Positions 48,290 to 62,309 of a stretch of DNA of 64,000 nucleotides are shown here, in pieces. The translations under genes and the position numbers were made by a program. This stretch comes from Callorhinchus milii (Eukaryota). The first letter of the stretch is position 1. Every line of letters begins with the position of its first letter. The notes under the pieces are model-generated. The model had not been told where the DNA came from. It was given only the letters and a program-made list of their open reading frames with translations, and searched no databases. The DNA is taken from contig NW_024704810.1 in assembly GCF_018977255.1 (NCBI RefSeq), positions 62,001-126,000 of the forward strand. Reading direction: 5' to 3'.

Positions 48290-50720
48290 GTCTCTGAGAA
48301 TAACCACGTGCTCGGGATGTGTGCGAGTTGTGAGCAATGGGTGTGTGAGAGAGGTGAGCACAGAGGGCTGAGCATTGTGGTGTGCACAAACGAGTGCGTG
48401 AAATGGAAATGAGTACAGGATGCGTGAGCACAGGGCGACTGAGCACAGTGGGTGAAAAATGGCAGGGAGCGCATTTTGTGAGCAGAAAGGGATTGGGCGC
48501 ATAGTATCAGCCTATGGTTTTGCAGGTCAGGTTTGAAGACATTGAGCGATAGCACAGAGATTTGAGCACAAGGTTTGTTGAGCTCAGGCGGAATAGGCAC
48601 AAGGGGTTGGGGTGATCACAGAGGGCCGAGAAACATGTGTGCTGAGGAGAGTGCTATGGGTACATTGGGTGTGAGTATGTGTTGGATAAGCATGGTTCGT
48701 TGAGCGCGTTGGGGGAATGAGCAGAGGGCTTTGAGAACAGGCTTGTTTAGCACAGGAAGTGGAGTACACAGGGGTAAGCTCCTTGAAGAGCACACGTGGG
48801 GCACAGTTGTTGTGCACATGAAGCGTGGTGAGCAAAGGAGGTCAGAGAACAGTGTCAGCGCAAATGATTGTGATCTCAGTATCTGAACGCAATCAGCGTG
48901 AGCACAGTGGGGGATATTTTTTTCTTAACTCGAGTGGGGTGAACATAAAGGCAGAGCGTGGATGTTTTGAGCGCCCGGAGGGGAGAGCACAAAGCGGAGT
49001 TGAGCATAGGTGTGGCGAATACAGTGGAAAAAGCACGAGGAAGGTGCGCACGCTAGTGGAGTGATCCAGTGTGGGTTTTAGCACACGGGGCTGAACAAAA
49101 GAGGGGTGAGCACCGGATCTGAGCCCGGGAAGAGTGAGCAAAAAGTGGGAGGAGAGTGCTGGGTGAATAAAGGTTTGGAGTGCAAATGGAGTTGAGTACA
49201 GTGGGGATGAGCACACAATGATGAGGAGAGGTGCAAGCAGAGCACGGGGCGATTCGGTGTGCATCACGGCGATCGGCACAGCTGGGTTTAGAGCATGGGA
49301 ATTTTAGGCCGAGAGTGTAGCTGCTTCAAACAATTTGGGGAGCACAGGAGGTGATAATCGGGGAATGCGTATGTGGTGCGGAGCACACCGGGAAGAACAG
49401 GGGTTAAACACATTGAGTAGACTACAGGGTTACTGCACATGGGTGGGTGTGAGCACAGGATGGAAGTGTACAGGGGAAGTGGAGCACAGTATAGATAAGA
49501 AGAGTTGGCTTGAGCACAATGTAGAGCAAAAGGGGTGAGCAGAGGGGAGCACTTGGAGGGCAATCCCAGGCTAAGAGCACGCAAGGCGAGCAGAAATGGC
49601 GGGGAGCAGAGCCACGTGAAGCGTAACAAAGAGGGAGTGTGTACGTTGGGTTCTAAAGACTGGGTGAGGTCATATTGGGGTTGAGCACAGTCGGTGGAAA
49701 GAGGGCGCAGTTTAAGAGCAGAAGGTGGAGGATTAAGTACAAGTGGAGGTGAGCACAGGCGGAGAAGATAGCGGTATGAGCACAAGTCGGGTGCTGCATA
49801 CACGGGAGGTAATCACAAGGCAATGGGCAACAAAGGAGAGTTAATGACGGAGTGGTCATATGGGTGACAAGCAAATGGTGGGAAGCACAGGAGGATAAGC
49901 ACAAAGTGGAGTAGCACAGTCGAAATCACAGGAGGGTCACAAGGCGGTGATAAACAGAGTTTGAGCAGACGGAGGGTGAGCACAATAGGGGTTCAGCAAA
50001 GAAGTGAGTGCATAGCCGGGAAGTGAGCACGTGTTGGTTGAGTTTAGGTGGGTGTGTGCACAGGGGCTGAACACAATAAGACTGAGCACATGGTGTCCAA
50101 GAACAGGGAAGTTGGAGAACATGGCGGAGTGGAAGGCGAGAGAGGAGCTAAAGCTAAGTGAGTACAGACGATGTTTGGAGATGGAGCTGAGTACAGTGGT
50201 GCAGAGCACAGGGATTGAGCACAGGGATAAACTGAGAGAACCCGGGTGCGAAATACATTGGGAGTGATTACAGCGGTTTGAGAAACATAACTTGAGCATC
50301 GGGTGAGCGCATTGGGGAACAATGGTGCAGAGCACAAGGGGGAGAACCAGGAGTTGCACACGGTGGGGTGGAGGTGGGTGGAGGGGGGTGGGGGTTGAGC
50401 GTAGGAGATCAGTGTCCTGGCTATAGAAGGTAAAGCGTGAATGAGCAGTGCGGATTCAGCACCTTGTGGAGCAACAACAAATGTGCGGCGGGTGGGGTAA
50501 TCAAACGGAAGATTACGGAGCCGTTATCACAGGAGGATGAGCAGAGAGTGTGGAAACAGGAAGCGTAGGCATGGTGGGGTTGAGGACAGGGGCTAAGAGC
50601 AAGTTGTGTAAGAGCACAAGCTAGTTGAGTACAAGTTTGTTGAGCAAAAGTGGGATCAGCACAGGGAGAGGGCACAGGGGCTTGAGCACAGGTGGGGTCC
50701 TGTTAAAACGCGAGGTATTC
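48290..50720 (+). repeat. Expanded (~2.4 kb) G-rich TGAGCACA array after SRCR exon 3
   Basis: Same motif, longest copy. Confidence 0.85.
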
Positions 50721-50830
50721 ACAGGCCGTGGGGAACACAGAAGAGTGAAATCAGGGGATAGTCAACGGCATAGACCAGCTGGGCCAAATGGACTGTATCT
50801 GTGCTGTATATTCTAGTGTATTCTAAGGCC

Positions 50831-50975
50831 TACCCAGTGTCACAGCTTCACTCTTAACCCAATGTGACACGTCCTCGGCTAACCCCTTGTCACACATCCT
50901 CTCCTAACCGATTTTCCACCTCCGCTGCTGAACCAGTGCCACAACTACTCTGCTAACCAGTGTAACACCTTCGCA
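50831..50975 (+). repeat. ~5.5 x 24-25-nt tandem repeat, possible S/T-rich stalk exon remnant
   Basis: AACC anchors at 50856, 50881, 50906, 50931 and 50955. Confidence 0.55.
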
Positions 50976-51044
50976 GTGTGATGGTACAGATGTTGTTATT
51001 GTATGTATGAAAGTTGCAGCTGTGGAAAGTGTATTGTATGCACA

Positions 51045-51074
51045 NNNNNNNNNNNNNNNNNNNNNNNNNNNNNN
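51045..51074. other. Assembly gap (N run) at the duplication junction
   Basis: Run of n. Confidence 1.
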
Positions 51075-54000
51075 GTGCAAGCCACACAGCGATCGGCAGA
51101 CAGCTGCTATTGCCTGGTAGCGAGCTTATTAGAAAATCAACAGTTGGTAATGTGAGAGATACACAGGAGAGGGCGATTGGTAGAGTGACAGAGAGACACA
51201 TTGTGGTTGACAGAGAATTTGAGAGACACAGTTGAAGAGAGACTGAGAGAGTGAGAGACAAGGTGTGTGAGTGATATAGACTTTGAGAGAAACATATTGA
51301 GGGTGACTGAGAGTGTCAGAGACACATGTAGAAATAAACAGACTGAGAGTTTGAGCGACACAGTATTTAAGAGGGTGGGAGAGAATGCGAGAGTCACAGT
51401 GTTTGTGCATGAGAGAAACTGAGAGTGTGAGCAATGCTCCAATCGAATTTCACATGAATTACATTAATTTGCACAAAAAACTAATCTTCCGACGCGAAAG
51501 CGCGACACAAATGTAACTTGTTTTAGATTTTATTAAACTTGCATATTGAAAGATAAAAATATTAGCTCCTCCTGTGGTCAGCCGAGGTTTTGCAGGCTGG
51601 AGAGCAGCTTCCTAATCTGATTATAATGTTTTTAAAAGCAGACAAGACATCAGGTCTGGGGAACTCTCAATTAATCGAATATTATGTATTGTGTTGCTGG
51701 TGAGACCAGAAAGAAGGTCAATGGAATCTCCCAATCGGCAGTGAGTGTTTCGGCTGCTGTGAATGTGGATTAGGGCAGGTAATGTGGCAGAGTTGAAAAA
51801 AAGTGGTCCTGGTCAGCAATGCATTTGGGAAAGAAAACAATGCTGTTGTTGACCCGTTTTCCTATTTTTTCTGATTAAATTTGTGCGTTTGATGTGTTAC
51901 TTTCTCATTTTCTGGCATATATGCACTTTCATCCCAAAGAACATCTTGTCAGAAATATAGAATATTTCTCTGAAACGTCTCGATGAAGTGTTGAAGCAAA
52001 TTCAATGATTACTACTATTACTAAAAATCAGATTTGAGATTCGCAGTGTGTTTACTGTCCAAAGACAGATAGAGAAACAGTTCCGCAAAATAAATTCTGT
52101 ATTCCAGTTTAGTCTCTTTTACTTTTGCATTTGAATGTTTGATCACTTTTTGGAGGGCGATTTGTGTGGTTTTTGCTTGATATCAGTTAACGGTGCTAAG
52201 CTAACCCCATGACAGTGTTCAGCTGCACAACAGCCTTTGCCATTTCACAACAGGTCCAATAGCATCCATTTCATGCAGCTAAAAAAACGTGGAGCAACTC
52301 TCTTCTCTTCACGTTCTATATTTCAAGGGTTTTTCTCAGAGACACAGGCGAAATCTCTCATTCTCTGTGTCTGAAGATTTTCTCCGTTTTAAAACTGATC
52401 AAAAGTGGGCATCGGAAATTTCTTTTAATTGCATTTTGTGAATGTAGGAGCTGCAGAGACGAGCGAACATGATTTAATCCAGCCGGGAATTTACGAAGGC
52501 ATGGATGAATATTTTGGTTGCTGTGGATGTGAGATATGGATTGAGGCGAGAAATGTGGTGGAATGGGAAAAAAAAAATTCTGTTCAGGCAATGGATGTGG
52601 GGTAGAAAGCAAAGAGTTGATGACGAGATTTGCTTATTTTACTGATTAAAATTTTGCATTTTAAGTGCTCCCTTCTAGTTCTCGGACTGAAATGCGCTTT
52701 GATTCTGAATAACATTTTGTCTGAAATATTGAATATGCCTCTTCACGTCTCGAAGACTTGAAGAGGCGCTATATGAAATGCAAGTAACATTATTATTATG
52801 ATTGAAAAGCATTATTGAAATTCGAAGCGTGTGTGCGGCCCAGAGAAATTTAGAGTCAAATATCAGGTAAAGAAATTCTGCTTTTCTGTTCAGTTGATTT
52901 TTCCATTTACAATTAAATATTTGAGTCGCTTTTTCCAGGGAGGTGTTGTGTGGTTTGTGCTATATATCCGGTAACGATGCTAAGCCAATACCATGAAAGT
53001 GTTTCAGCCACACGTCAGCCTTTGCCATTTTACACTATGTCCAATATTAATACTTTCTTACAGATTATATTGGACTGGTCTGGAATCTAACATATGGAGA
53101 AACACTCTTCTCTTTTCCCAATGGCGTCTCCGTACCTTTAATATTTGTCTTGGAAGCAGCACAAACTGAAACTCAATTTACCGTCTTATCTTAGATCGTA
53201 AAATAGACTGTCGGAGAGAGAGAGGGAGAGAGAAAGTGGGAGAGACTAAGATTGTGAGACACACAATTTGTGAGAGAGACTGACGGCGAAAGACACATAG
53301 GGAGAGAGAAATAGTACAGCGAATGAAAGAGTTTGCGAGTGAGATAGAGCTAGAGAAAGAAATTGTGAGTGACACAGTGTGTATGTGACAGTAAATTTGA
53401 ACGAAACAGATGGAGGAAGACTGAGAGTGTGCAAGGTGGAGACAGAGGCAGCGAGAATGTGAGCTGCACAGTGTTTCAGAGTGTGAGAGAATGTATGAGA
53501 TACATAGTGTGTGTGAGAGAGACAGAGTGTGAGCAATGTGACCAGAAGATTTCACATGAATTACATTAATTTGCACAAATAGCTGAACTGCCGAAGTGAA
53601 AGCCGCTATGCGAATGTAATTTATATGATATTGGATTAAATTTGCAGCTTGCAAACAGAAATATTGGCTCGCTAAGCGGTCAACCGAGGTGTTGCAGAGT
53701 GAAGGCTGGCTTCCTTATCTGATTGTAATGGTCTCAAAATCCATCAAAAGAGCAGGGCTGAGAACTCACAAATAAGCGAATATTGTGAATTGTGCAGCTG
53801 TGAGATCAGCCAGGAGGGCAGATTTGAGATTTCAGATTAGTTTACTGTCCAGAGAAATACGGAAACAAAACACCGCTAAATAAATTATGTTTTTCCGTTT
53901 AGTTTTTTCCTTTCTCCGTTAAATGTTTGAGATCTTTTTGCTGGGAGTTGCTGTGCGGTTTGTGCTTCATATCCGGCAAAATTGCAAAGCTAACACCATA

Positions 54001-54351
54001 ACAGTGGTTCAGCTACACATCACCTTTTGCCATTTACAAAATATCCAATATTGACCCTTGCGTACGCCTTAAATTGATCTGGTCTGTATATGTATATATG
54101 TATATAGAGAGAGAGAAAGTTTGTAAGACAGATTGATAGTGTTAAGGAACAATATGGGGAGTGTGAGTGAGTGTTTGAGAGATGTAGAAGAGAGTCTGCT
54201 TGGGTTTGTGAGAGAAACAGACAGAGAGAGTGCGAGAGTCACAGTTTGTGTGTTAAAGAAGCTTTGAGATTCACAGATGGAGAGAGACTGAGAATCTGCG
54301 AGAAACATTGTGTGTTTGACAGATATTGTGAGAGTAGCAGATGGATGGAGA

Positions 54352-54860
54352 CATAACATAAAATATAAAAGCAGGATTAGGTTATTAGGGCCTTCGAGCC
54401 TGCCCCGCCATTCAATCATGGCTGATCTTCTGATCTAACTCCAGCTAATAACCTCACCCCGCCTTATCCCCATAAACCTTAACCACTTTTGCAGTAAGAA
54501 ATCTATCTATCTCAGTCTTGAATGTGTTCAAGGACTGAGCGTCAACAGCACTTTGGGGTAGTGAGTTCCATACATTCACGACCGTCTGAGTGAAGAAGTT
54601 CTTCCTCAACTCAGTGCGGAAGGGTTGGCCTCTGATTTTAAGGATGTGACCCCTGGTTTTAGTTTCTCCAAACAGGGGAAACAATCTCCCACTATCTGCT
54701 CTATCATGCCCTTTGATGATCTTGTTGGATTCTATAAGATCCCTCTAATTCTTCTATATTCTAGAGAATAAAGGCCCAAATTGGTCAGCTTAATCTCGTA
54801 ACTCATCCCCTTCATCCGTGGTAATAACCCAATAAATCTACGGTGATCTACGCTTGACAT
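54352..54860 (-). mobile_element. CR1 LINE 3' fragment (duplicate)
   Basis: Essentially identical to 36914-37425. Confidence 0.92.
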
Positions 54861-55076
54861 TAATCAGCAATGAATGCCCTGAAATACTGCGGCGAAGGAC
54901 AGAAGGATGTCGAAAGAAAAGATAAAATGTGAGCAACATAGAAGAGGAAGTAGGTAATAAGCCAAAGAGTCTAAACTGTGAGCGTAAATGTGTGGCTTCT
55001 CGTGCCTATGTACTGTTACATATGAATCCAGGATTCATTGCTGCGTGCAATCCTTCCATAGTTTTTCACGGGAATC

Positions 55077-55407
55077 AATAATAATAATAATAATCCTTGC
55101 ATTTGATATAGCGCTTTTCACGTCGGGAGGACGTCCCAAAGCGCTTCACAGAACACACTGTAAAGTGAATTGACTGTATATTTGTGTGCGAACGCGGCAG
55201 CCAATTGCGCACAGCAATGTCCCACAAACAGTTGTAGATTGAAAATGATCAATTTAATTATTGTTTTTGGTTTTTTGGAGGGATTAATATTAGGCTCTGT
55301 GTGGAGTAAGGAAACTTGCCCAAGGTTTCGCCCCGCCCAGACCTGGAATTGAACTCAGGTCTCTCACTTGCAAAGCGAGTGCTCTAACCACTGAGCTACA
55401 GGACTCC
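55077..55407 (-). mobile_element. Full-length young SINE (duplicate)
   Basis: Copy of 37641-37969. Confidence 0.93.
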
Positions 55408-56073
55408 ACAATGTAATATGCTGCGACTGTGTATTTGCAGAGGAACACAAACACGCAGAAATGTGCACACAGTAATGGAGAAGTGTCCAATGTGACACCA
55501 GGAAGAATCCACTTCTTCATTCCACAAAATACTCAGAGCTGGGTTTCCAGCTCAGTTCACAGCTCACAATCGGAGCTTTACTCACGCACTAAAATAGCAT
55601 TCTGCAGTTTCTGAGAATCAGCTTCACGTTGGCGGTTTGTGTGGAAGTGTTGCAACAATTCCTGTAAAGGACATCACATGTCTTGTTCGTTCTGCGGAAA
55701 GAGAGAGAGAGAGAGAGAGAGTCTGACTCTCTGATTCCGTCTCTACACATCGTTAAATATACATCTGTAAGTCACAGTTCGTGTTGCTCTCTGAGTGTGT
55801 ATGTTTCTGTGTGTGGCTATCACAGCTCAGTCTTTCTGTATCGTTGTGTGTTGCGTGTGTGTCAGACTGTTCCTCAGTGTGTGTCACAACAGCTTTAGAT
55901 GTAAGTGTTGCAGAGAAGTGAATGTTTGGTGATCACGGAGCAGTGTGACACTGTCAAAAGCTTCTCCTGAGAATTACTCCGTGTGACTTAGGTCTGCAGA
56001 GATCCCTTCCCATCGGACAAAAACACAAGCCTCCAGGTTCTGTACTTAGCTCGAGCGCCTCCACATTCACGAA

Positions 56074-56098
56074 ATGGAATCATGTTTTTTTATTTTCG
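56074..56098 (+). CDS. Candidate SRCR gene leader exon 1, copy 2
   Basis: ATG GAA TCA TGT TTT TTT ATT TTC G|gtgagt, phase 1 (MESCFFIF). Confidence 0.4.
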
Positions 56099-57944
56099 GT
56101 GAGTACCGTTTCTATCCAAGAATATTTGTGGGAATGTACCGTTAAGTGGGGTTCTGTAGCTCTGCGGTTAGAGCAATAGCCTTGCAAGCGAAACACATTG
56201 GTCCCATTCCAGGCAGGGCGAACCCTTGGGCAAGTTCTACACTACACGCCCAATAATAATCTCTTCTAAACAAAACAATAATAAATTGGTCATTTACGAT
56301 CAACGACTGTTTGTACGCACTGGTATGTGCAATTGCCTACCGCACTTCGCCCACAAATATACGGTGAATTCACGTTAGACATGTCCAGAAGACGTGAAAA
56401 GCGCTATATCAAATGCAATATTATTATGTATTATTATAACCCATTCAGATAGTCGTGTCATCCAGACAAATGGAAAGGAGAGAAGTGTGAGAGGCGTCTT
56501 TTTTGATCCTCAACTATCCTTTGTATCCCAAACCCGTACAATAACCCGCTCTGCCCCCATTTCTGCAACATTAACCAATTCCGCCACTGTCTCACACCGC
56601 AGGCTACCGGAACGCGCATACATGCCTTTATAACATGCTTTTATAAGATCCAGGCTTCTGTACGCACACCCACTGCTTGTCCGCCTGCCCAAGTACTCCC
56701 GCTATCGGCTACAGATCACCCAGAAATCTGCAGCTAGTGTCATCTCCTCCAACAGTCTCTGTGACCGTATCATCCCAATCCTTGGATACATTCAAGATCC
56801 TGTTACTCACTTTGAAAGCCCTCCTTATACTCACTCACCCCTACATCTGCGAACTCCTACCGCCTTACCAATCTGCCCGCTCCCTCAGCTTAGCGGACTC
56901 CAGACTCATTCATGTCTCCCACCTCACAGCCCCACCTTTGACGGACGAGCGTTTAGCCACTCTCTAGCCATCCACTGGGACTACATTCAGCAGTCCCCGT
57001 ACTTCACCCTTTCCTTGCTTCCTTCAAGATAAATCTGAACACTCTTCCCTTTGACCGTGCGTTCGATCACCTTAGTTGCGTTTGTCCTCCAGGCTCCTTA
57101 ATTTTTTGTTGGTATTGGAGAGGCGGGAGGGGCGAATGCAAAAGTGGAGAAAGAAGAAAGCGGACAGTGGGGTGAGAAAGTCATTTCTATGCGTTCCCTC
57201 ATTAACGTATATTTATTGCTGTTTAAATGCAAGATGTCAAAATGCAAGTTGTTAATGTTGGGTAACGGGACAGGAGCAAGCAGGAAAAACAACATCCAGT
57301 AAGCACACTTCATACAGAAAGAGAGACACAACCTGCTCTGTCTCTTAAACATAATTTTTTCAGGTTATGAGTGGTCAGCAAATGGCTTCTTCCCCAAGCC
57401 TCGAAAGAGAAACAGAAACACAAACGGCCCCTGCTCAGAAAATAAAATTCAGAAGTCACTTGGAACACTCTGCATGTTAGGCAACGTCTAAGGAGAAAAG
57501 AAAGACAGTCAACGTTACGTTTGTTCGAAACTTCGTACGATCTGCTTCCTCAACTGCTGAATGTGCCCAACGACTTTTGTTTTTGTTGTCTGATATCCAG
57601 CATCTGCAGTAATTTGCGTTTTTTTCTTTCGCAGAAAATGCCGTTCAGCCCAACCGTGTGCTTGTCAGTCTGTGAAAGTTATCTTTGTTCAGTCCTATTG
57701 TGCGCTCTCCCCATTGTGTCTGTGATGCTGTTCGCTCCCCAACTGGAGCGCTCTACAATAATCCCAATCCCTGTCCGCTTTTTCCCGATTGTATTTGTGC
57801 TGGTGTTCGCTCCCCCACTCATGATCTTTTTGACGGCGAACTTGAGTGGCTGCCTGTAGTCAAGGAACGATTATGTGCCGGCAGATCTTTGGGTGAATTA
57901 TTTTATTAATAATTCCTGCCTTTATCTTTCTTTCTCTTGTACAG

Positions 57945-57980
57945 TAATACTTCTGGAGAGAAGGTCTGTGGAATCTGCAG
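57945..57980 (+). CDS. Candidate 36-nt leader exon 2, copy 2
   Basis: Phase 1-1, (V)ILLERRSVESA; joins exon 1 to the SRCR exon in frame. Confidence 0.42.
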
Positions 57981-59017
57981 GTTGGTGACAATCTAACAAC
58001 CAAATGTTTCTATGGGAATATTATCACTGTTCCTAGACCCCTGTGCCTTGCCCATTCCTTCTCCATGTTCAGTTAGCTTTTGAGCACCTTCCACATCGAC
58101 CAAGCTTCATTCTGAAGTATGGTGTTCAGTACAGAGGGAGCGATTCTGCTCTGAGCGATCTGCACTAGTGTATACTGTAACAAAGCAGTAAACCATGGCC
58201 GTATTTTGGGTGGAATCTCCTATCGTATATAAAGTAGAAGAATACAATATATAATACAACGTTTAATAATGCAATACGAATTGTAGTAATCTCATATAAA
58301 CCATGATAATAATAATAATATTTCTTGGGTTTGTTTTAGAGCCTTATCGGGTCCCAAAATGCTTCACAGAATATACTGCAATATGAAACAGCTGCTTGCT
58401 TTGCTGGAGATATACGGCAGCCAATCGCACACAGAGGTGTGTCACAAAGATTCAAGGATTGAGTGACCAAATTACTTTTTTTTAAGGGATTATTATCCCC
58501 AGAAAAGAAACGCCAATTGACTGCTGGGTTCCCACTGACTGCTAGATAAAGAGAAATATGTGGATAGAGGAAACGTGCGTAAAATTGTGCACTGAAAGTA
58601 AATCTAAATATAAAGTTTAATAATCTAACACAGAATGTAGTATTCTAATATCAACTAGAATAGTTTAATATGAAGTATAACAGTCCAGTATGATGTAAAA
58701 TAATCCAATATCAGTATAACAATGTAGAGCATAATAAGATAACGTATAATATCACTATCCTTTATCTGCAAACGTAGCTGCAACAGGTACAACTGGTACT
58801 GCAATAACCTGTTACTCTTGTGGTGACACCTGGGTTGTGTACAGCCAGCAAACATTGCAACCAATACAATGATTATTATTGACGTTGTATTTTTTTAACG
58901 CCAAACATCCTCCCAATGTGACAGATTTTGTGTACATGGACATCATATTGTATTATCTTGAGTGACTGGAAGTCAAAGACGAAATGGACTCTCAATGTTG
59001 CGTATGGTGTTTTACAG

Positions 59018-59341
59018 GGAGTGTGAGGCTGGTGAATGGCGGCAGCCGATGTGCCGGGAGAGTGGAGGTTTACCACGATGGACAATGGGGCACAGTGAAT
59101 GGCTCTGGCTCTGGTGACTCTGGTTGGGATATGCTGGACGCGGCTGTGGTGTGTAAGGAGTTGGGCTGTGGAGACGCGCTGTCAGCCTCAGGAGACGCTC
59201 ACTTTGGGATGGGATCTGGTCCCATTATAACGTATAATGTTCGGTGCAGAGGGAGGGAGTATGCTCTAAGATATTGTTCCTCAGGGACCTGGCGTCACTA
59301 TTATTGGTCACACTCCTCTGATGCCGGCGTCATCTGCTCAG
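59018..59341 (+). CDS. SRCR domain exon (paralogue of exon 1; 324 nt, intact)
   Basis: tttacag| GSVRLVNGGSRC..DAGVICS |gtaatt. Confidence 0.93.
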
Positions 59342-59599
59342 GTAATTAATTCATTTTCTGATGATTTTTCATTGTCTCATTAGGAATTAGAATTAGGGAA
59401 ATTTTGATAAAAGTTTGTAACCCACAATATGTCAGTGTATTATTATTAAATCTGGTGTGGAGGGGTATTTGGGAAGCAGTGGATTCACGGTCATTGCCCT
59501 AGGGACATAAATGCGGGTCGCTCACTTATGTTGTCTGCGTCAACTGCTTAGTTAAGCAAATCTGTCGATCATCATCAAGTCGTTTTCCGAGTGGGTCGT

Positions 59600-60750
59600 T
59601 TGGTGGGGTGAGCACGGGTTGGGGGCAGTGTTGAGCACAGGCGGCTGAGCACAGGGGACGACCACAAGAGGCAGAGTATACGGGGGCGGGTGCAGGGTGG
59701 GTGAGCACAGGGACTAAATAGCTGGAGGTGTTGAGCATATTTGGGGTCAGCACTGGAAGCATTGAGCGCTCGGAGTTAGGTGAGAAGAGTTGGGATTTGG
59801 TTAGCACAAAGGGGGGCAACACGGCGCTTGAAGACAATGGGGTGAGCACAGTAGGAGTGAGCATAGAGGAGGGATTAGCATACGGTGGATGAGCGTTGGG
59901 CCCGGTGGTGAGCACGGGGGATGTAATGAGCACGGTAGAGGTAAGCACCGGGGATTTGAGAAAAGGAAGGGCTAAGCTCATCGGACAGCTCAGGGGCGGA
60001 TCACAAGTGGTGAGCAGATGGTGTGAGCGCTTGCGGGGATGAGCACAAGGGGGGGAGTACGGAGGGTTGAGTGGAGTATGAGTGAGCCCAAGGGGCTGAG
60101 CACATGAAGGATAAAACATGCGTTGAGACCAGGTGTGCCGAGCAAAGTGTGTTTCAGCACACGGGATGAGAATGAGCACAGAGGAAGTCTGCTGACCACA
60201 TGGGATTTGTGCTTAGCACGTGGGGACAACAGGGGGGTTGAGGACGGTGATGTGAGAACCGTGAGCTGAGCAGTGGAGGGGATGAGCACAGGGAAGGTGG
60301 TGATCACGGTGGTTTGGTTTAACACGGGGGTAAGATGGACGCGTTTCTGGGGATAGCATTGTAACCAGAGGTGTTGAGAACCAATATTTTGAGCTCACGG
60401 CACTGAGCACATCGGGGAGCACATGGGTTTAACAGGATGGGGGAGCAGAGGGAGTGAGCACAGGAGATGTGCAAAGTGCTTGACTACAGGAGGTGAGCAC
60501 AAGTTGGGGATGATAATAGGAGGGAAGAGCACAGTGGTTCACGAGTAAAATTTTGGGTAAAGCACATGGGGAGCACGGGGATGGTACGTATATATGGGGA
60601 GCACGTGGGGTTTGTGCATACGCGGGGAGTATGGGGTAAGTATTGGTGGGAGCACAGAGGTGTGAGCCGATGTGTGTGTAAACAGGTTGGGTGAGCAAAG
60701 GGTTGTTGTACACAGAATGATTAAGGACACAAGGGGTTTGAGCAAAAGGG
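59600..60750 (+). repeat. G-rich TGAGCACA array (copy 2)
   Basis: Paralogue of 42060-43200. Confidence 0.85.
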
Positions 60751-62309
60751 CGTGGAGGGCTTTTGCCTTGGAGGAGGCAGTGCACGTTGGGGAGGCTGTA
60801 CCTTGGTTGGCAGCTGTGCTCTGGGGCAGCATCTGTGTCCGGGGGATGGCTGTGTCGGTGTGGTATTGTGGCAGTGGGGTACTGTGCCCTGGCGATGGTC
60901 TGTGACTGGTAGGGTCTCTACCTTTGGAGTTCGGCTGTCCATCCATCGCGCTGTGTCGGGTTGGGTGCTCTGTGGAGGGACTGTCCTCAGAGATTTCTCT
61001 GTTCCCTGGAGGGGTGGCTGTGACCAGTGTCATGGGATGAACCAGTGGTTGGGTCTGTGCAGTGGGGAGGTGTCGGTGGGCCCTGGGTTTGTTTTGTCTG
61101 TGAGGGCTCTACCGGGCGGCAGGTGTAGGAGTTTTGCAGGGATTGAAGATCGCTGTACCTAGTGGGAAATCTGTGCCCTCCTTGGAAGCGGGAGGGAAAG
61201 GTAGCGCTGTGGCCGAGGAGGGCGCCGCTGTACCTGAGAATTAGCTGTCGGAGATGGGAGTAGCTGCTGTTACCTGGGATGGGTTTGTACCAGAGAGAAC
61301 AGTCTTTGTCTGGATCTTTCTATAACTGGGGTCGTGCTTCTCTGTGTGGGGTCTGTGTACTCTGGGGGTTTAGTTATTCCCTGTGGACGATTGCTGTGCC
61401 CGAGGGGAGGTCTTCTGTTTTTTTTTCTAACGACTGTGCCTTGTCGATGGGGTCTGTGCCTTGGGGTGTGGTTCTGCTCTGGCGCTGTGTGTGGTGGCTT
61501 TGTCCTCGGGGCGATGTGCTTTGGCCGGCGATGGGGTTGTGCTCGTGTCTGTGCCTGGGTTCGTTCGTGTTTTGTGTGATGGTGCATTGTATGCGTCCGC
61601 GCCTCCCCCACACCCCCGTACACACATACACGTACATTCAATAAAGAAAAAGCGATCTATTAAATCGATCATAAAACAAAAATATCTGCATCTGTGTATC
61701 TGCCAAAGCGCAATAAACAAATGATGTAGAACGATTTTTACCTCTTCGTGCAGGTCTTGTTTGTTTCAAAGTCGTGGGCAATACCTATCCTTGGTGAGCT
61801 ACACTTAAAGATAACTTTAATGAAGCTCCAAAATATGATGTGTGGATAATATTCCGCAATGAGTTAGCGACAGAGCAAAATCACTCACTATCCTTTCAGT
61901 AACACATGCGCATTAATGTATTCTGTAGCAAAGCAGTAAATCACTGCCATAATTTTGGGGGAATCTCCTATCCTTATATAAATTATAATAATCTTTAATA
62001 AAGTATTATAATATAATATTATATATAATAATATAAAAGCTCTATCCTTCTGTTTCAAACGCAGCTGTAACCGTTATATCTTGCGGTGGAATAAATTGTT
62101 AATATCATTGCTGATACCCGTGTTTTGGACTGCATGTAGCTAACAGTCATTGAAAACATTATAATGATTATTACTGTTGTTGTATTGTTTACCATCCAGA
62201 AGCCCTCCTGAGGTGACATGCATCTTGTAATGTATAATTCCAGATTACGTTCAATACACTGCGTGATGTCTTAGAGTGATTGTGAGGCAGATGTTTTTCC
62301 TTTTGGCAG

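Larger units (their letters stand above)
33706..51044 (+). repeat. Segmental duplication, copy 1 (~17.4-17.5 kb period)
   Basis: Co-linear with 51143-64000; ORF offsets of 17436-17510 (e.g. 34920/52358, 37552/54988, 40063/57521). Confidence 0.93.
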
